From Eledone cirrhosa (Eukaryota): DNA of 64,000 nt. How positions within the stretch are numbered: the stretch's first letter is position 1; the number at the start of each line of letters is the position of its first letter. The notes under the pieces were generated by a model. It was not told the DNA's origin. It searched no databases and saw only the letters and a list, made by a program, of their open reading frames with translations. Positions 12,085-24,672 of this stretch are shown piece by piece. Location: the NCBI GenBank assembly GCA_964016885.1, contig OZ024743.1, positions 106,454,001-106,518,000 on the forward strand, written 5' to 3'. The position numbers were made by a program, and so were the translations under genes.

Positions 12085-15000
12085 TGGGGCCCTTTCTGCC
12101 CGTGTGTTTGTTTGTTTATGTGTGTCCGTATACAGCGTGGTGATAATGCCACACAAGGGCCAAGTGGGATGGCGGATCCACAGATGGCTATGTAAACATA
12201 CATTCGCCAATCCTCGATAAGAGTGTTTAAATATCGAACATAAACAGTTCGAATAACGGTGAAATGGAGACTAGAACGTCATGTGACAGACTCTCACCCA
12301 ACAGGTGCCCCCTGGCTCAGCAGCAGGAACCTGACTGTCAACGAAATACTGCTGATGTTGGAGGAAGAAGAAGAAGGAAAGGGGCCAGAACCAACTGGAC
12401 GAAAGAATTGAATAGAACTGTTATGCAATGCTACCTGAAAAGTAACCCCAAGGAGAGGGGCTACAGGAGACGGATGCATAACATCTGGAACGAGATTGGT
12501 TTATTTAAATTAGATGAACAAAAATTGGCCGGGCAGGCTCGGGTAATAAGAACTAATGGGTGGATAAGCGAGCTGGAACTGGAGGAACTGAGCAGAGAGA
12601 ATGGCTTGGAGATGGCGGGTGTAGTATGCCAGACAAGCGAGCCGGCGGGAAATGAAGGTGAGGAGGTCCTGAGAACGGAGGAACCACCCGAAGCAGACAA
12701 TGATCTGAATACTGAGATAAATAATACCTGGAACAGAGATACGGCCACTGAGGAGATGAATGCTGACGGGCTAGGACAAGATTCGGTTGACATCCTAAAT
12801 TTAGTGGTAGATGAGTTGAACAATGATAGTGGAAGGCCTATGAACCTAAGATTTGTAGACAGGAAAAAGTTAAAAGAAACAACAGCTAAGGTAAACAAAG
12901 TCATCCCATACCTTGAGGCGAGGAGTCTTCACCAGTGCAACAATATCCTCAAAGCAACAGCAAATACGGTGAGGAAACTACTTGGTATAAAAGCGAGAGG
13001 AAACAACAGACAAGAAAGAGCAGAGCCGTGGTGGAAGAAGCGACTGAGTGGGCAAATCGGGGAAATGAGAAATGACATAGGAAAGCTTGAGTCACTACTG
13101 AATGGGACACTAAAAAACATAGGCACTAAAAATAGACTGGAAATAAAATACAAAACTAGGAGTAAAAAGCTAAATATCATCATAGAGGAATTGAAGCAAC
13201 GCATTGTAGCAAAGAGTGCCAAAATCAGGCGATACGAGAACAGAGTCAGTCAGTATAAACAGAACCGCATGTTCGACAACAACCAGAAGATGCTGTTTGG
13301 ACAGCTTGAGGGGAAAGAAAGAGGCAACGACTTGATCCCTGGGGCGGAACAAGCTAAAACATTCTGGAGAGGAATATGGGAGCAGGATGTTAGACACAAT
13401 GCCCAGGCAGGGTGGATTGAGACAGTACAGAGGGAGATCGGTGAGCAGGCACAGCAACAGACTGATTTGAGTATCACAGTTGAAACTCTTAAGGGGCAAG
13501 CCAAAAAACTAACCAACTGGAAATCACCAGGCCCAGATGGTGTGCAGGGGTATTGGATTAAACATTTAACATCCCTCCACCCGAAGCTGACGGCCATGTT
13601 CAATGACTGCTTGGTGTCGGGTGAGGTGCCAGAGTGGTTGACAAAAGGTACCACAGTTCTGATAATGAAAGACCGAATCAAGGGTAATGATGTTACCAAC
13701 TATAGACCTATCACATGTCTGCCCGTAATGTGGAAACTGTTGACGAGCATTATGTCTGAGGAAATCTACCATCACCTCCACACAAACAACTTGTTGCCGG
13801 ACGAACAGAAAGGATGTCGAAAGAAGTCACGTGGTACAAAGGACCAGTTGCTTATTGATAAGATGGTAATGGGGAATTGCAGGAGGAGACACACTGATCT
13901 TGCCATGGGATGGATAGACTACAGAAAGGCATTTGACATGGTGCCTCATTCCTGGATCACCAAAAGCCTGGAGATCTTCAGGGTGGCAGATAACATCAGA
14001 CAGTTGCTGGGCAGGAGTATGGGGTCCTGGGAGACAGAGTTGACATCAACTGGAGTATCCTTGGGAAGCGTGAAGATCAAGAGAGGTATCTTCCAGGGAG
14101 ATAGCCTGTCCCCTCTGTTGTTTGTCCTTGCCCTGATGCCCTTGACCATTATGCTGCGAAAAGTGAGAGCAGGATACAAGTTGGGAAGGGGAGAGCTTAC
14201 CATCAATCACCTCCTCTTCATGGACGATCTTAAGCTCTTCGGGAAAAGTGAGAAGGAGTTGGATGTGCTTGTTGACACTGTCCGTATTTTCAGCAGTGAT
14301 ATATGTATGCAGTTTGGTATTGGTAAATGTGGAGTCATTGTGATGAGGAGGGGTAGGTTGAGCAGAAGTAACGGGATCCAGATACCAACAGGTGAGATGA
14401 TAAAGGAAATTGACTCTGAGGAAGGATACAAGTATTTGGGCGTTCTGGAGGCTGATGGCATAAAGAACAAAAAAATGAAGGAATTGTTAAGAACTGAATA
14501 CATTCGGAGAGTAAGGAGCGTATTGAAGTCACATCTGAACAGCAGAAATGCCATAAGCGCAGTAAATTCCCGAGCTGTGTCTATTATTAGGTACAGTGCG
14601 GGAATTCTGAGATGGAATGTTGCTGAACAAAAAGAAATGGATAGGAAGACTAGGAAGCTATTGACTATCTACAACATGTTCCACAAGAGGAGTGATGTCG
14701 ATAGACTCTACCTAAGGAGATCTGAGGGTGGAAGAGGTCTTATCAGCATAGAGGACTGTGTTCAGATGGAGAAAAACAACCTATACAAATACGTGACCTA
14801 TAGTAAGGAGCCAATGCTCAGAGCTGTACTGAAGGAGGGGACAGTAGGCCAGGGGATACCCAAGGAGGAAATAACATCAAGGAGGAAGAGCAGCCTTAAG
14901 GGAAAATCCCTTCATAGTACCTTCTTTGAGAAAACTGAATTTAGAGATCCACAGACATGGAACTGGTTGAGAAGAGGAGACCTCAAAAAGGCTACAGAAG

Positions 15001-15767
15001 GAATGCTAATGGCTGCGCAGGAGCAGGCCCTCAAAACGAAGTGGTTGAAGCACCATATCTACAAGGAGGAGGCTAGCCCACTGTGCAGGATCTGTGGAGA
15101 GAGAGAGGAGACTGTGGCTCACATTGTGTCCGAGTGTAAACACCTAGCCCAGACCCACTATAAGGGCTGGAGACACGATGTGATGGGCAGGGTGATCCAC
15201 TGGCACCTGTGCAAAGTAAACAATCTACCACATTCTGAGAAATGGTATGAGCATAGGCCAGAGGCGGTGATGGAGAACAGTCAGGTGAAGGTGCTGTGGG
15301 ATTTTAGGATACAGACGGACAAAAAACTGGAACACAATAGACCTGACCTGGTGGTTGTGGACAAAGAAAAAAGATCGTGCCTGATTGTGGATGTGGCCTG
15401 CCCGTTCGACACGAGAGTGCAAGAGAAGGAGAGGGAGAAAATTAACCGATACCAGGACCTAAAGTGGGAGGTGAAAAGGATTTGGAACTGCCATGAAGTC
15501 AAAGTGATCCCGATTGTCATAGGCGCACTGGGGACTATCTCCAAAGGTTTCCAGGGATGGTTAAAGAAAATCGGCCCCTTCACGCTTTTTGGAACGCTTC
15601 AAAAGGCATGCTTGCTTGGAACGGCAAGAACCCTCCGATACGTCCTGAATATCTGAGGCTGCAGGTAGTGGCTTGATATTCAATCCAACGGACTTTCCAG
15701 TTAACCAACATCAATGACTGAGATTCAAGGAATAACAATAACAATAATAATAATAATAATAATAATC
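12085..15767 (+). mobile_element. RLE non-LTR retrotransposon family B (R4/Dong-like), apparently full length and intact
   Basis: Structured 5' UTR, one long ORF, short 3' UTR and (CAA/TAA)n tail at ~15731-15767. The 5' boundary is approximate. Confidence 0.93.
12264..15656 (+). CDS. Myb-like + reverse transcriptase + CCHC zinc finger + restriction-like endonuclease polyprotein (1130 aa)
   Basis: Uninterrupted ORF: RTNWTKELN (Myb-like), KSPGPDG, YRPITCL, WIDYRKAFDMVPH, GIFQGDSLSPLLF, HLLFMDDLKLF, CRICGEREETVAHIVSEC, RHD, NRPDLVVVD, IVDVACP, EKINRYQDL. Confidence 0.96.
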   Translation: METRTSCDRLSPNRCPLAQQQEPDCQRNTADVGGRRRRKGARTNWTKELNRTVMQCYLKSNPKERGYRRRMHNIWNEIGLFKLDEQKLAGQARVIRTNGWISELELEELSRENGLEMAGVVCQTSEPAGNEGEEVLRTEEPPEADNDLNTEINNTWNRDTATEEMNADGLGQDSVDILNLVVDELNNDSGRPMNLRFVDRKKLKETTAKVNKVIPYLEARSLHQCNNILKATANTVRKLLGIKARGNNRQERAEPWWKKRLSGQIGEMRNDIGKLESLLNGTLKNIGTKNRLEIKYKTRSKKLNIIIEELKQRIVAKSAKIRRYENRVSQYKQNRMFDNNQKMLFGQLEGKERGNDLIPGAEQAKTFWRGIWEQDVRHNAQAGWIETVQREIGEQAQQQTDLSITVETLKGQAKKLTNWKSPGPDGVQGYWIKHLTSLHPKLTAMFNDCLVSGEVPEWLTKGTTVLIMKDRIKGNDVTNYRPITCLPVMWKLLTSIMSEEIYHHLHTNNLLPDEQKGCRKKSRGTKDQLLIDKMVMGNCRRRHTDLAMGWIDYRKAFDMVPHSWITKSLEIFRVADNIRQLLGRSMGSWETELTSTGVSLGSVKIKRGIFQGDSLSPLLFVLALMPLTIMLRKVRAGYKLGRGELTINHLLFMDDLKLFGKSEKELDVLVDTVRIFSSDICMQFGIGKCGVIVMRRGRLSRSNGIQIPTGEMIKEIDSEEGYKYLGVLEADGIKNKKMKELLRTEYIRRVRSVLKSHLNSRNAISAVNSRAVSIIRYSAGILRWNVAEQKEMDRKTRKLLTIYNMFHKRSDVDRLYLRRSEGGRGLISIEDCVQMEKNNLYKYVTYSKEPMLRAVLKEGTVGQGIPKEEITSRRKSSLKGKSLHSTFFEKTEFRDPQTWNWLRRGDLKKATEGMLMAAQEQALKTKWLKHHIYKEEASPLCRICGEREETVAHIVSECKHLAQTHYKGWRHDVMGRVIHWHLCKVNNLPHSEKWYEHRPEAVMENSQVKVLWDFRIQTDKKLEHNRPDLVVVDKEKRSCLIVDVACPFDTRVQEKEREKINRYQDLKWEVKRIWNCHEVKVIPIVIGALGTISKGFQGWLKKIGPFTLFGTLQKACLLGTARTLRYVLNI

Positions 15768-15789
15768 AGTTTGATTATAATAATAAGGA

Positions 15790-17190
15790 GCGTAATTATA
15801 GTTTAATGTAAGGAATGTTAATAATGATAATAATAATGTCCGTTTACAATTGTTTCGCTACTCCATATAATGTTTCTGGATCAATTGACTATAGATCATT
15901 ATTGATCTGGTTCACATGAAGAGAAGTAACTTTGGTAAAAAATGGAGCGGCTCTTCAGAACTTCAAAGGATAATGAAAATATTAATAAATATTCTAAGGA
16001 ATAAGAAATATAAAGTAAGTAAAGAAAGAAGTTTACATGAATGTAATGTTCCATATATTGGTATTTCACGACGGTGTTTTGGATCTATTTAATTTCTGTT
16101 ATAGGCAAGCATTATTCATCTGTCGAGGCTGTATTAAGCGATATCTGCCTATGCATAAATAGATGGCCGCCTGAGGATATTTACCTTACTAATTAGAGAC
16201 TGGTTTCAAGGGAATTAACTCCTTGATAATTTAGAAATTTAGGTGATTTATAGCTAAGTGCTAATGAGCTTAAGTGAGAGATAGTGTAGGGGAGGTAACT
16301 TATAATTATCCAAGCCTTTGTTAAATATTTAACATGTTAGCTATATGTAAAGTTGAGATTATATGATTATGTTGGGTCAAATATTTTATTGGCGAAGGAA
16401 TTTGCCCATCGATGTTGACAGCTAATAATTATCTCATTTCTATCGTTTATAGGTTGTGGTCGTGATAGAGTTAGGTAATAGGCCTGGGTAACACAGAGAT
16501 CACAACAGTTTCTTCGTCCATTGAACGCTTCGGCTCTAGCTAAGATATCCCATATTAGTGAGTGTTCTGTGTTGGTTAATTTAAGGTTTTTAATGATCCT
16601 AGCTAGAGATGTTGAACATCTATTGCTAGGGTCACGGAAGGAAAACGAGTGAGCATTATAGCGTACCTTAAAGGGGTTAGAGGTAGAGCCAATATAGGAG
16701 CAAGTATGCGATGCTGTTTTAACAGTGCACCTATATACTATATTGGGTGTAAGGCATTGTCCGTTCAGTGGGCATCCGTTAGGGTAGTGGCAAATGCAAT
16801 TACTGTTGCGGTTAGTAAGGGTGGGGTTGTTTAAACTATGCGGCTGGTGTGTGCTAGAAGGATTAGATGGGGGAGGTATGCTACGAGAGTAAGTATTTAT
16901 GTAGAGGCGCGGTGTATTTGAGGAGGGGGGGGGTCGCGTTATGGGAGTTATACTGTCTTAGTTTATGATGGTTACTGAATGAGATGTGGCTAGCTAGGTT
17001 AGGTGTTGTGGAGAATGAGATTTTAATGTTGTTTTTATTAAAGAGTTTGTAGTATCTATGGTTAGGGGAGAAATGTTTAGATAGGATAGAGAAGAAGCGT
17101 TTAGGGATAATAGTGGCTAAATTAGATGAGAAAGTGGGGTTAAGCCAAGTGATATTTCTAGGCCTATTTCTTCTAGGATTACTTGTAGAG
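15790..17190 (-). mobile_element. Penelope-like element 3' remnant (GIY-YIG plus 3' pLTR)
   Basis: Minus-strand translation by eye near 16600-16810: NCICHYPNGCPLNGQCLTPNIVYRCTVKT..YIGSTSNPFKVRYNAH. A hammerhead lies downstream. Confidence 0.75.
15842..15961 (-). ncRNA. Type I hammerhead ribozyme with palindromic stem III loop and extended stem II
   Basis: Reverse complement: GTT-CTGAAGA-GCCGCTCCAT...ATGGAGTAGC-GAAA-CAATTG-TA-AAC. Confidence 0.8.
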
Positions 17191-17209
17191 TTGGAAATAC
17201 GCTTTTAGC

Positions 17210-18880
17210 CTAGACGTTGTACCCTCTATACTACAGACCCCGCTCATCCAGCTGTCGATTTATTGACGGACTGCGTGGTCGCAGAGCACATCCACTGCTA
17301 CGGCCTCCACCCGACGGACATACACCAGCTTTTGTCCTTCACAGTAGACAACACGTACTTCACCTTCCACCACCACACATACAGACAGACAACAGGATTA
17401 CCCATGGGATCCAGCCTATCGGGCCTGCTGGCCATCACCTACATGAACCAGCTAGAATGCCGAGCCCTCAACACCTGCCACTCCCATGCCTTTTTCACCC
17501 GATATGTAGATGACATACTCATCCTTACATCATCCCGTGAGGAGGCAGATTAAATATACACAACATTCTCCAGCATGGACGCCAGTATAAAGCTCAGCAT
17601 GGAACACCCCGATGACCGCGGATCCCTATCCCTACTGGACTTCCAACTCAGGGTAATAGAGTAAGGCAACATCCACACCTGCTTCTATAAAAAAGCCGCC
17701 AGCAGGGACCTGTTCGTACATTTCAGATCGGCCCTCCCACTCGGTGCCAAGTTCGGATACATAAGGACCGAACTAACACGTATCCTGAACAAATGCACCG
17801 ACGCTAGAGACCGAGACACACACACCACACATTTCCTGAAAGTACTCAAACTGAATGGATACACGACATCCACCACAAACCAGTGCCAGAAAGAACAGAG
17901 GACACCACACCCGAGGCACTAACACTTGCTTCCTGAAGCTCCCACACTTCAGTGAAGAAACAGCAACAGCTATCCGCAGAGCCATCAGACGAGAGGGACT
18001 AGATATCCAACTGGCCCACTCAGGTCCTTCTCTACGCGGACAGCTAGCCAAAAGACACTCCACCAGACATGACAACTGCTGCAGACTAGCCAACTGCCCC
18101 ATCAACGACACAGACCTATGCCACCAGGCTTACGTCGTATACAGACTAGAGTGTGACAAATGCAACAACATCTACGTAGGTAGCAACACCAGGCCACTCC
18201 ACATAAGAATAAAAGAACACCTCAATACTAACTCTTCCTCTTTTAAGAAACACCTAGTTAAATGCAAAAACACCGACAAAACCATAACAGTTAGGATAGA
18301 AACTAAGGAAAGAAACCTCGGTAATCTTAGAATTAAGGAAGCTCTAATTATAGATAAAACACAACCACCAATCAATAATAGACTAGAACTCAACACCCAA
18401 TTTATAACCTGATAGGGCTTCTAGCCCCATATTTACACACACCCCACACTAACACGCACGCACACACACACACACACTTACACCTCCATGTATTCTCTCT
18501 CACACATACACACACACAACCAGTTCTAACACCAGATAACACCTATCCCCCACATTTACGAATATACTTATCTTCTCACACTCACACACACACACTCACA
18601 TACTTACACCTTCATGCATTCTCCCACACACTTAAACAGGCATGTATATAGAAAAAAAAACCCAAAAACCTAAACAAACCCCTTTTAAAGGGAGACTACT
18701 CTTTAACCACCTAATTTTAACTATTTGACATTAGAGATAGAACAGATACTCTATACTATTTCCTGTCAGCATGGCTTGGCAAGATATTTACAACGCTCGT
18801 GTGAGACCTTTATTTCCCTCTGAAGAAGAGATATTATCTCGAAAATTAAGGACATGTAAATAAATCTAAGGTAAAAGACG
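17210..18880 (+). mobile_element. Penelope-like element (RT + C-terminal GIY-YIG), 5'-truncated, with stops and a frameshift
   Basis: YRQTTGLPMGSSLSGLLAITYM, FTRYVDDIL, LDFQL, FYKK, VHFRSALP; GIY-YIG VVYRLECDKCNNIYVGSNTRPLHIRIKEH...KEALII..QPPIN. A degenerate hammerhead lies at ~18813-18852. Confidence 0.9.
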
Positions 18881-19040
18881 ATTTGTCAACAATATCTTTT
18901 GCATTTGCATTCTTTTTTCTATGTCCATACCTGCATTGTTTTGGCTTTATTATACATATTCAAAAGTTTATACCTCATTACACAATGCTTCAAGTGAACC
19001 ATACCCTCCTCCTTTGTATATATATGTATATATATGTATA

Positions 19041-19104
<64 letters not shown>

Positions 19105-19114
19105 AATATATATC

Positions 19115-19149
<35 letters not shown>

Positions 19150-19164
19150 TTATATACATATATA

Positions 19165-19245
19165 CAGAGATAGATAGAGAGAGATGAGGAGAGAGGGAGA
19201 GGAAGAGATGTGTATACATAATTTCTTGCTATCATTTGCACAGTT
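19165..19245 (-). repeat. Short dispersed repeat, inverted copy of ~1416-1495, next to (TA)n
   Basis: AACTGTGCAAATGA.AGC.AGAAATTATGTATACACATCTCTTCCTCTCCCTCT is present in both places. Confidence 0.7.
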
Positions 19246-20289
19246 AAGTGGGAATGTTCTGTTAATATATACCTAAAAATGAATAATGAGTCATGGAAGT
19301 CGCACCATAAATATTTTCACTGAATTCACTGAATTATTAAAGCGACTGAATTTTCTTTATATATGGGCTTGATTATATATTGCTTTCTTCCATTTTTCTT
19401 GACATTCTCATTTTCCTTTTGATTTGTCGCTTATTGTTTATGCTGCTGAATATCAGGATGTTATATATTTGTAGTAACTATTTCAAACATAATCTATATA
19501 AACTATATGTTACATATTTTTTTTATATTAGCTTGGATTTACGGATATTTTATATTATTCCAATTAAAAATCGGTACACATGTGTTGATTACAATCTATT
19601 CTACAAAATATTTTTTTCTTGCTTGTATTCTGTTCGTTCCTATCAATGCTGATGATTCAGAGACCTCGATCGTTTGGAAAGAAAATGTGATTTTTTCTTT
19701 GTTTTGTTTTCTTTTTCGGCGTTTAATTATTTACAACATATCACAAATATAGTCAAAAACATTTATTTTCTCATGTTAGTGACAAATATTCACTGACGGA
19801 GTTCATACATTTTAGAGCATGATCTAAGTGAGGATTCTCTGCTCTTTCTACAAAGTAAAGCAAAAATATATTGTCTCTTATCGATAGCTTAAATATTTTC
19901 GTCATACCTTTGCTTTATGCGACAAACTATAGATACATCTTTACTAGATTATAGGATTTATATTTCATTGTATATTAGTCTTGGGTTGGCAGAATCCTTA
20001 TTGTCTGATATGATACTCGGAGTCTAAAATTTGTTCTTGGTATAGTATTTACAGAAAATTTTCCAGAATATTTGTGCGGAAAAGAATGATAATCTGTCTA
20101 GAAGCGGCTATTTGCTGCCATACAAAAAGAATTCGAACAGATAATACAGAAACACATTCATTTTTTTATTGTTTTTATTAATATCATTGATGTGTCTTGA
20201 TATTGCGGATGGCCATCACCATCGTATATGTTTGTAGAGAGGATTTCGTGGAGACCGAAAATTACAGATGTATCCATTGAAATATATAT

Positions 20290-21665
20290 ATATATATGGC
20301 AACCTTACTAATGCGAATTTCTTTGTTTTCGAGCAGAGACCTAACAAGAGCTTCATATAAACCATGCCATAAGCATAAGAAAAAATGTACTTATGATATG
20401 TTAATAAATGCTCATGTCACCCGCCTGCTGTCTTTAAAATTTAGTTTCTAATATTAGTCGTAGGATCTTTATTCTATCAGCAGCCTGGCAGATCTTCAAT
20501 AAGACTGGGCCTTACTACAATCAAGCACTCTTAGATAGTGGTTTTAAGGACAAAATTATGTACACACCTAATCGTTCCCAACCCGATCATACTAAAAATA
20601 CTAATAGAAAAAGAAGAATTATCTGATTCGCACATTCCTGTTTCGTTAAAGTAAAAACTAATGTAGGAAAACATTTTTTAATTATGAGCTAGACTTTCCA
20701 CTCTACAACATAGATGTAATGAAATATAATACCGTCAAGATATACTATTCATGTGGGGCGTCTATGGAATCCAAAGTGAATGCAAAAAATATGCCCAACG
20801 ATAATCCAAACTGTTCTTATATGAATACAGAAAACTACCCTCAACAACAGAATTGTAATATCAAATATCTGGCAGAGATTACACACAACAACGCAATCAA
20901 TTATGGAGTTAGGAAAGGATACGTCGGTAAGGGACAATATCGTTTTAAACAAAGTTTTACTTGCATCTCCACTACTTCAGGAATTCTGATATGATAACGA
21001 TTAGATCCCTGGCGAAAATGGACTGACAAATAAACCAGAAAAGTGCCCCACATATAATAGCTTGGATGGTAATTGAAGGATCCAGGACATACAACAATGT
21101 TACCAAGAAAAGCCATATTTCTCTGAGTAAAAAATATAGGATATTACAACGTTTGTTATCTCTGAACAATATATAATTGAACTCAAAGAGCGAAATGTTT
21201 CAGAGATGCCTCTATCTCAAATCACAACTGCTTGCTAAGGGGCAATATTCAACAAATTTGGCTGATTTTCAAACACCTTAAGTTGATGTATATATAATTC
21301 CGTTATATATTTTCTTTCTCTTTCTCTTTCCACAGGAACACAATACAATACACTTTATATAATATTCTACTCGATACCTTAATAAATATTAACATCACTA
21401 TATGACATTCCCTCTCATGATACCATACCTCTGACATAGTATACGAACACAAAAACGTGGTTGATCTAGAAATTAAGTCTAGATGTTGGTGTTATTTCCT
21501 TTTGTTTTATTACGTTGTTTTCATAAACATAAGTTATTAGCAGCATTTGCTCTTAGCAGTATCATATAAACTCGTATAAGCACCTGAAGAAAGGTCGCTA
21601 TTTGGGTGTCTCTTGTTTTGTGGAGGTATGGCCAAATTTTGGCCTTGAAACGTTGGGTAGCGCCT
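20290..21665 (+). mobile_element. Highly degenerate Penelope-like element with 3' hammerhead (21580-21658)
   Basis: YYNQALLDSGFKDKIMY, RKRRII*FA, NTVKIYYSC, KGYVGKGQYRFKQ. Hammerhead: CTGAAGA-AAGGTC..GGCCTT-GAAACGTT. Confidence 0.7.
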
Positions 21666-21672
21666 TCGTTCT

Positions 21673-21711
<39 letters not shown>

Positions 21712-21716
<5 letters not shown>

Positions 21717-24370
21717 ATTATTATTATTATGATTATTATTATTGTTCTTTGAGTCTGTCATTGATGTTAGTTAACTGGAAAGTTTGTTGAAATGAATATC
21801 AAGCCAATACCTGTAGCCTCAGATATTCAGGACGTATCGCAGGGTTCTTGCTGTTCCCATCAAGCATGCCTTTTGAAGCATTCCAAAAAGCGTGGCGGGG
21901 CCAATTCTCTTTAACCATCCCTGGAAACTGTTTGAGATAGTACCTAGTGAACCTATGACAATCGGGACCACTTTGAGTTCATGGCAGTTCCAAACCCTTT
22001 TTACCTCCCACTTTAAGTCCTGGTATCGGTTAATTTTCTCCCTCTCCTTCTCTTGCACTCTCGTGTCGAATGGGCAGGCCACATCCACAATCAGGCACGA
22101 TCTTTTTTCCTTGTCCAAAACCACCAGGTCAGGTCCATTGTGTTCCAGTTTCTTGTCCGTCTGTATTCTAAAATCCCACATCACCTTCACCTGATCGTTT
22201 TCTATCACCGACTCTGGCTTATGCTCATACCACTTATCAGAATGTGGTAAATTGTTTACTTTGCACAGGTGCCAGTGGATCAGCCTGCCCATCACATCAA
22301 GTCGTCAGCCTTTATAGTGAGTTTGGGCTAGGTGTTTACACTCGGATACAATGTGAGCCACAGTCTCCTCTCTCTCTCCACAGATCCTGCACAGTGGGTT
22401 AGCCTCAACCTTGTAAATATGGTGTTTCAACCACTTCGTTTTGAGGGCCTGCTCTTGCGCAGCCATTAGCACTCCTTCTGTAGCCTTTTTCAGGTCTCCT
22501 CTTTTCAACCAGTTCCATGTCTGTGGATCTCTGAATTCAGGTTTCTCAAAGAAGTTACTATGAAGGGATTTTTCATGAAGGCTGCTCTTTCTCCTTGTTA
22601 TTTCCTCCTTGGACATCCCTGGTCTATTGTCTTCTCCTTCAGTACAATTCTGAGCATTGGCTCCTTACTATCAGTCACGTATTTGTGTAGGTTGTTTTTC
22701 TCCATCTGAACACAGTCCTCTCTGCTGATAAGACCTCTTCCACCTTCAGATCTCCTTAAGTAGAGTCTATCGACATCACTCCTCTTGTGGAACATGTTGT
22801 AGATAGTCTATAGCTTCCTAGTTTCCTATCCATTTCTTTTTGTTCAGCAACATTCCATCTCTGAATTCCCGCACTGTACCTAATAATAGACACAGCTCGG
22901 GAATTTACTGCACTTATGGCATTCCTACTGTTCAGATGTGGCTTTAATACGCTCCTTACACACCGAATGTATTCAGATCTTATCAATTCCTCCATTTCTT
23001 TTGTTCTTGATGTCATCAGCCTCCAGAACACCCAAATACTTGTATCCTTCTTCAGTGTCAATTTCCTTTATCATCTCACCTGTTGGTACCTGGATTCCGT
23101 TGCTTCTGCTCAAGTTACCCCTCTTCATCACAAAGACTCCACACTTACTAATACCAAATTGCATACATATATCATTGCTGAAAATACGGACAGTGTCAAC
23201 AAGCAAATCTAGCTCCTCCTCACTCCTCCCGAAGATCTTAAGATCGTCCATGAATATGAGGTGATTGATGGTAAGCTCTCCCTTTCCCAACTTGTATCCT
23301 GCTCTCACTTTTCGCAGTATTGTGGTCAGGGGGATCAGGGCAAGGACAAACAACAGAAGGGACAAACTATCTCCCTGGAAGATACCTCACGCCTCCCAAG
23401 GATTCTCCGTCCGATGTTAACTCTGTTTTCCAGGACTTCATACTTTTTCCCAACAACTGTCTGATGTTATTTGCCACCCTGAAGATCTCTAGGCTTTTGG
23501 TTATCCAGGAATGAGGTACCATGTTGAACGTCTTTTTTGTAGTCTATCCATCCCATGGCAAGACCAGTGTGTCTCCTCCTGCAATTCCTCATTACCATCT
23601 TATCAATAAGTGACTGGTCCTTTCTACCACGGGACTTCTTTTGGCATCCTTTTCTATTCGTCCGGTAACACGTTGTTTATGTGGAGGTGATGGTAGATTT
23701 CCTCAGACACAATGCGGACAGACACATTACGGATAGACATGTGATAGGTCTATATTTGGTAACATCATTACCCTTGATTCGGTCTTTCATTACCAGAACT
23801 GTGGTACATTTTGTCAACCACTCTGGTACCTCACCTGACATCAAGCAGTCATTTAACATCGTTGTCAGTTACGGGTGGAGGGATGTTATATTTTTAATCC
23901 AATACCCCTGCACACCATCTGGGCCTGATGATTTCCAGTTGGTTAGTTTTCTGTCCTGCCCCTTAAGAATTTCAACTGTGATACTCAAATCTGTTTGTTG
24001 GTGTGCTTGTTCACTAATCTCCTTTTGTACTGTATCAGTCCACACTGCCTGGTCATTCCTCTCCAGAATATCTTAGTTTGTTCAGCCTCAAGGATCAAAT
24101 CGTTGCCTCTTTCTTTCCCTTCAAGGTGTCCAAACAACATCTTATGGTTGTTGTCAAACATGCGGTTCTGTCTATACTGACTGACTGTGCTCTCGTATCG
24201 CCTAATCTTTGCGCTCTTTGCTACAATGCGTTGCTTCAGTTTCTCTATGATAATATTTAGCTTTTTCCTCCTAGTTTTGTACTTTATTTCCAGTCTATTT
24301 TTAGTGTCTATGTTTTGTAGTGTCCCATTCAGTAGGGACTCAAACTTTCCAATGTCATTTCTTATTTGCT
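21712..24370 (-). pseudogene. 5'-truncated, frameshifted copy of RLE family B
   Basis: ORF fragments are near-identical to the 1130-aa protein (e.g. CRICGEREETVAHIVSEC, EKINRYQDLKWEV, RTLRYVLNI). Same 3' UTR; (TAA)n tail at ~21712-21744. Confidence 0.93.
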
Positions 24371-24389
24371 TTTTCATCTCTCATTTGTG

Positions 24390-24672
24390 TTTTTCATTTT
24401 CACTGCACATAAGTGAGTTGTGACTTTAGATGATTTAGATGATTTAGATCAGTAATGTTTAGTTTATATGTGATGATAATGCGTTTGAGAATTATGTTAG
24501 TCTTGTGTATTTTATTTTGGTTCTGTTTGGAGTTCTGGATCTTAGGGAGAGGGTCTCGTTCCCCCATGTCAGATTCTTTCATTTTCATCCATTCGATCAT
24601 AATTTCATTCTTCAAGTTGGCAAGTTCATTATCATTCATTTCTTTATCATTTACGATCTCATTGTTTTCATT
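24390..24672 (-). pseudogene. Internal N-terminal fragment of RLE family A
   Basis: IEWMKMKESDMGERDPLPKIQNSKQNQ..ITDLNHL matches ~7690-7900. Confidence 0.9.

Noticed and set aside
12294-15583. Antisense ORFs over the family B RT (also over 21892-24423)
   Set aside because: Shadow ORFs of a coding strand with no independent domain signal.
17210-18412. Possible selenocysteine read-through as in Naiad-type PLEs
   Set aside because: The in-frame stops I checked are TAA, not TGA, and the GIY-YIG domain is C-terminal.
19645-19690. CTGATGA...GAAA motif
   Set aside because: No convincing stem I or stem III pairing.
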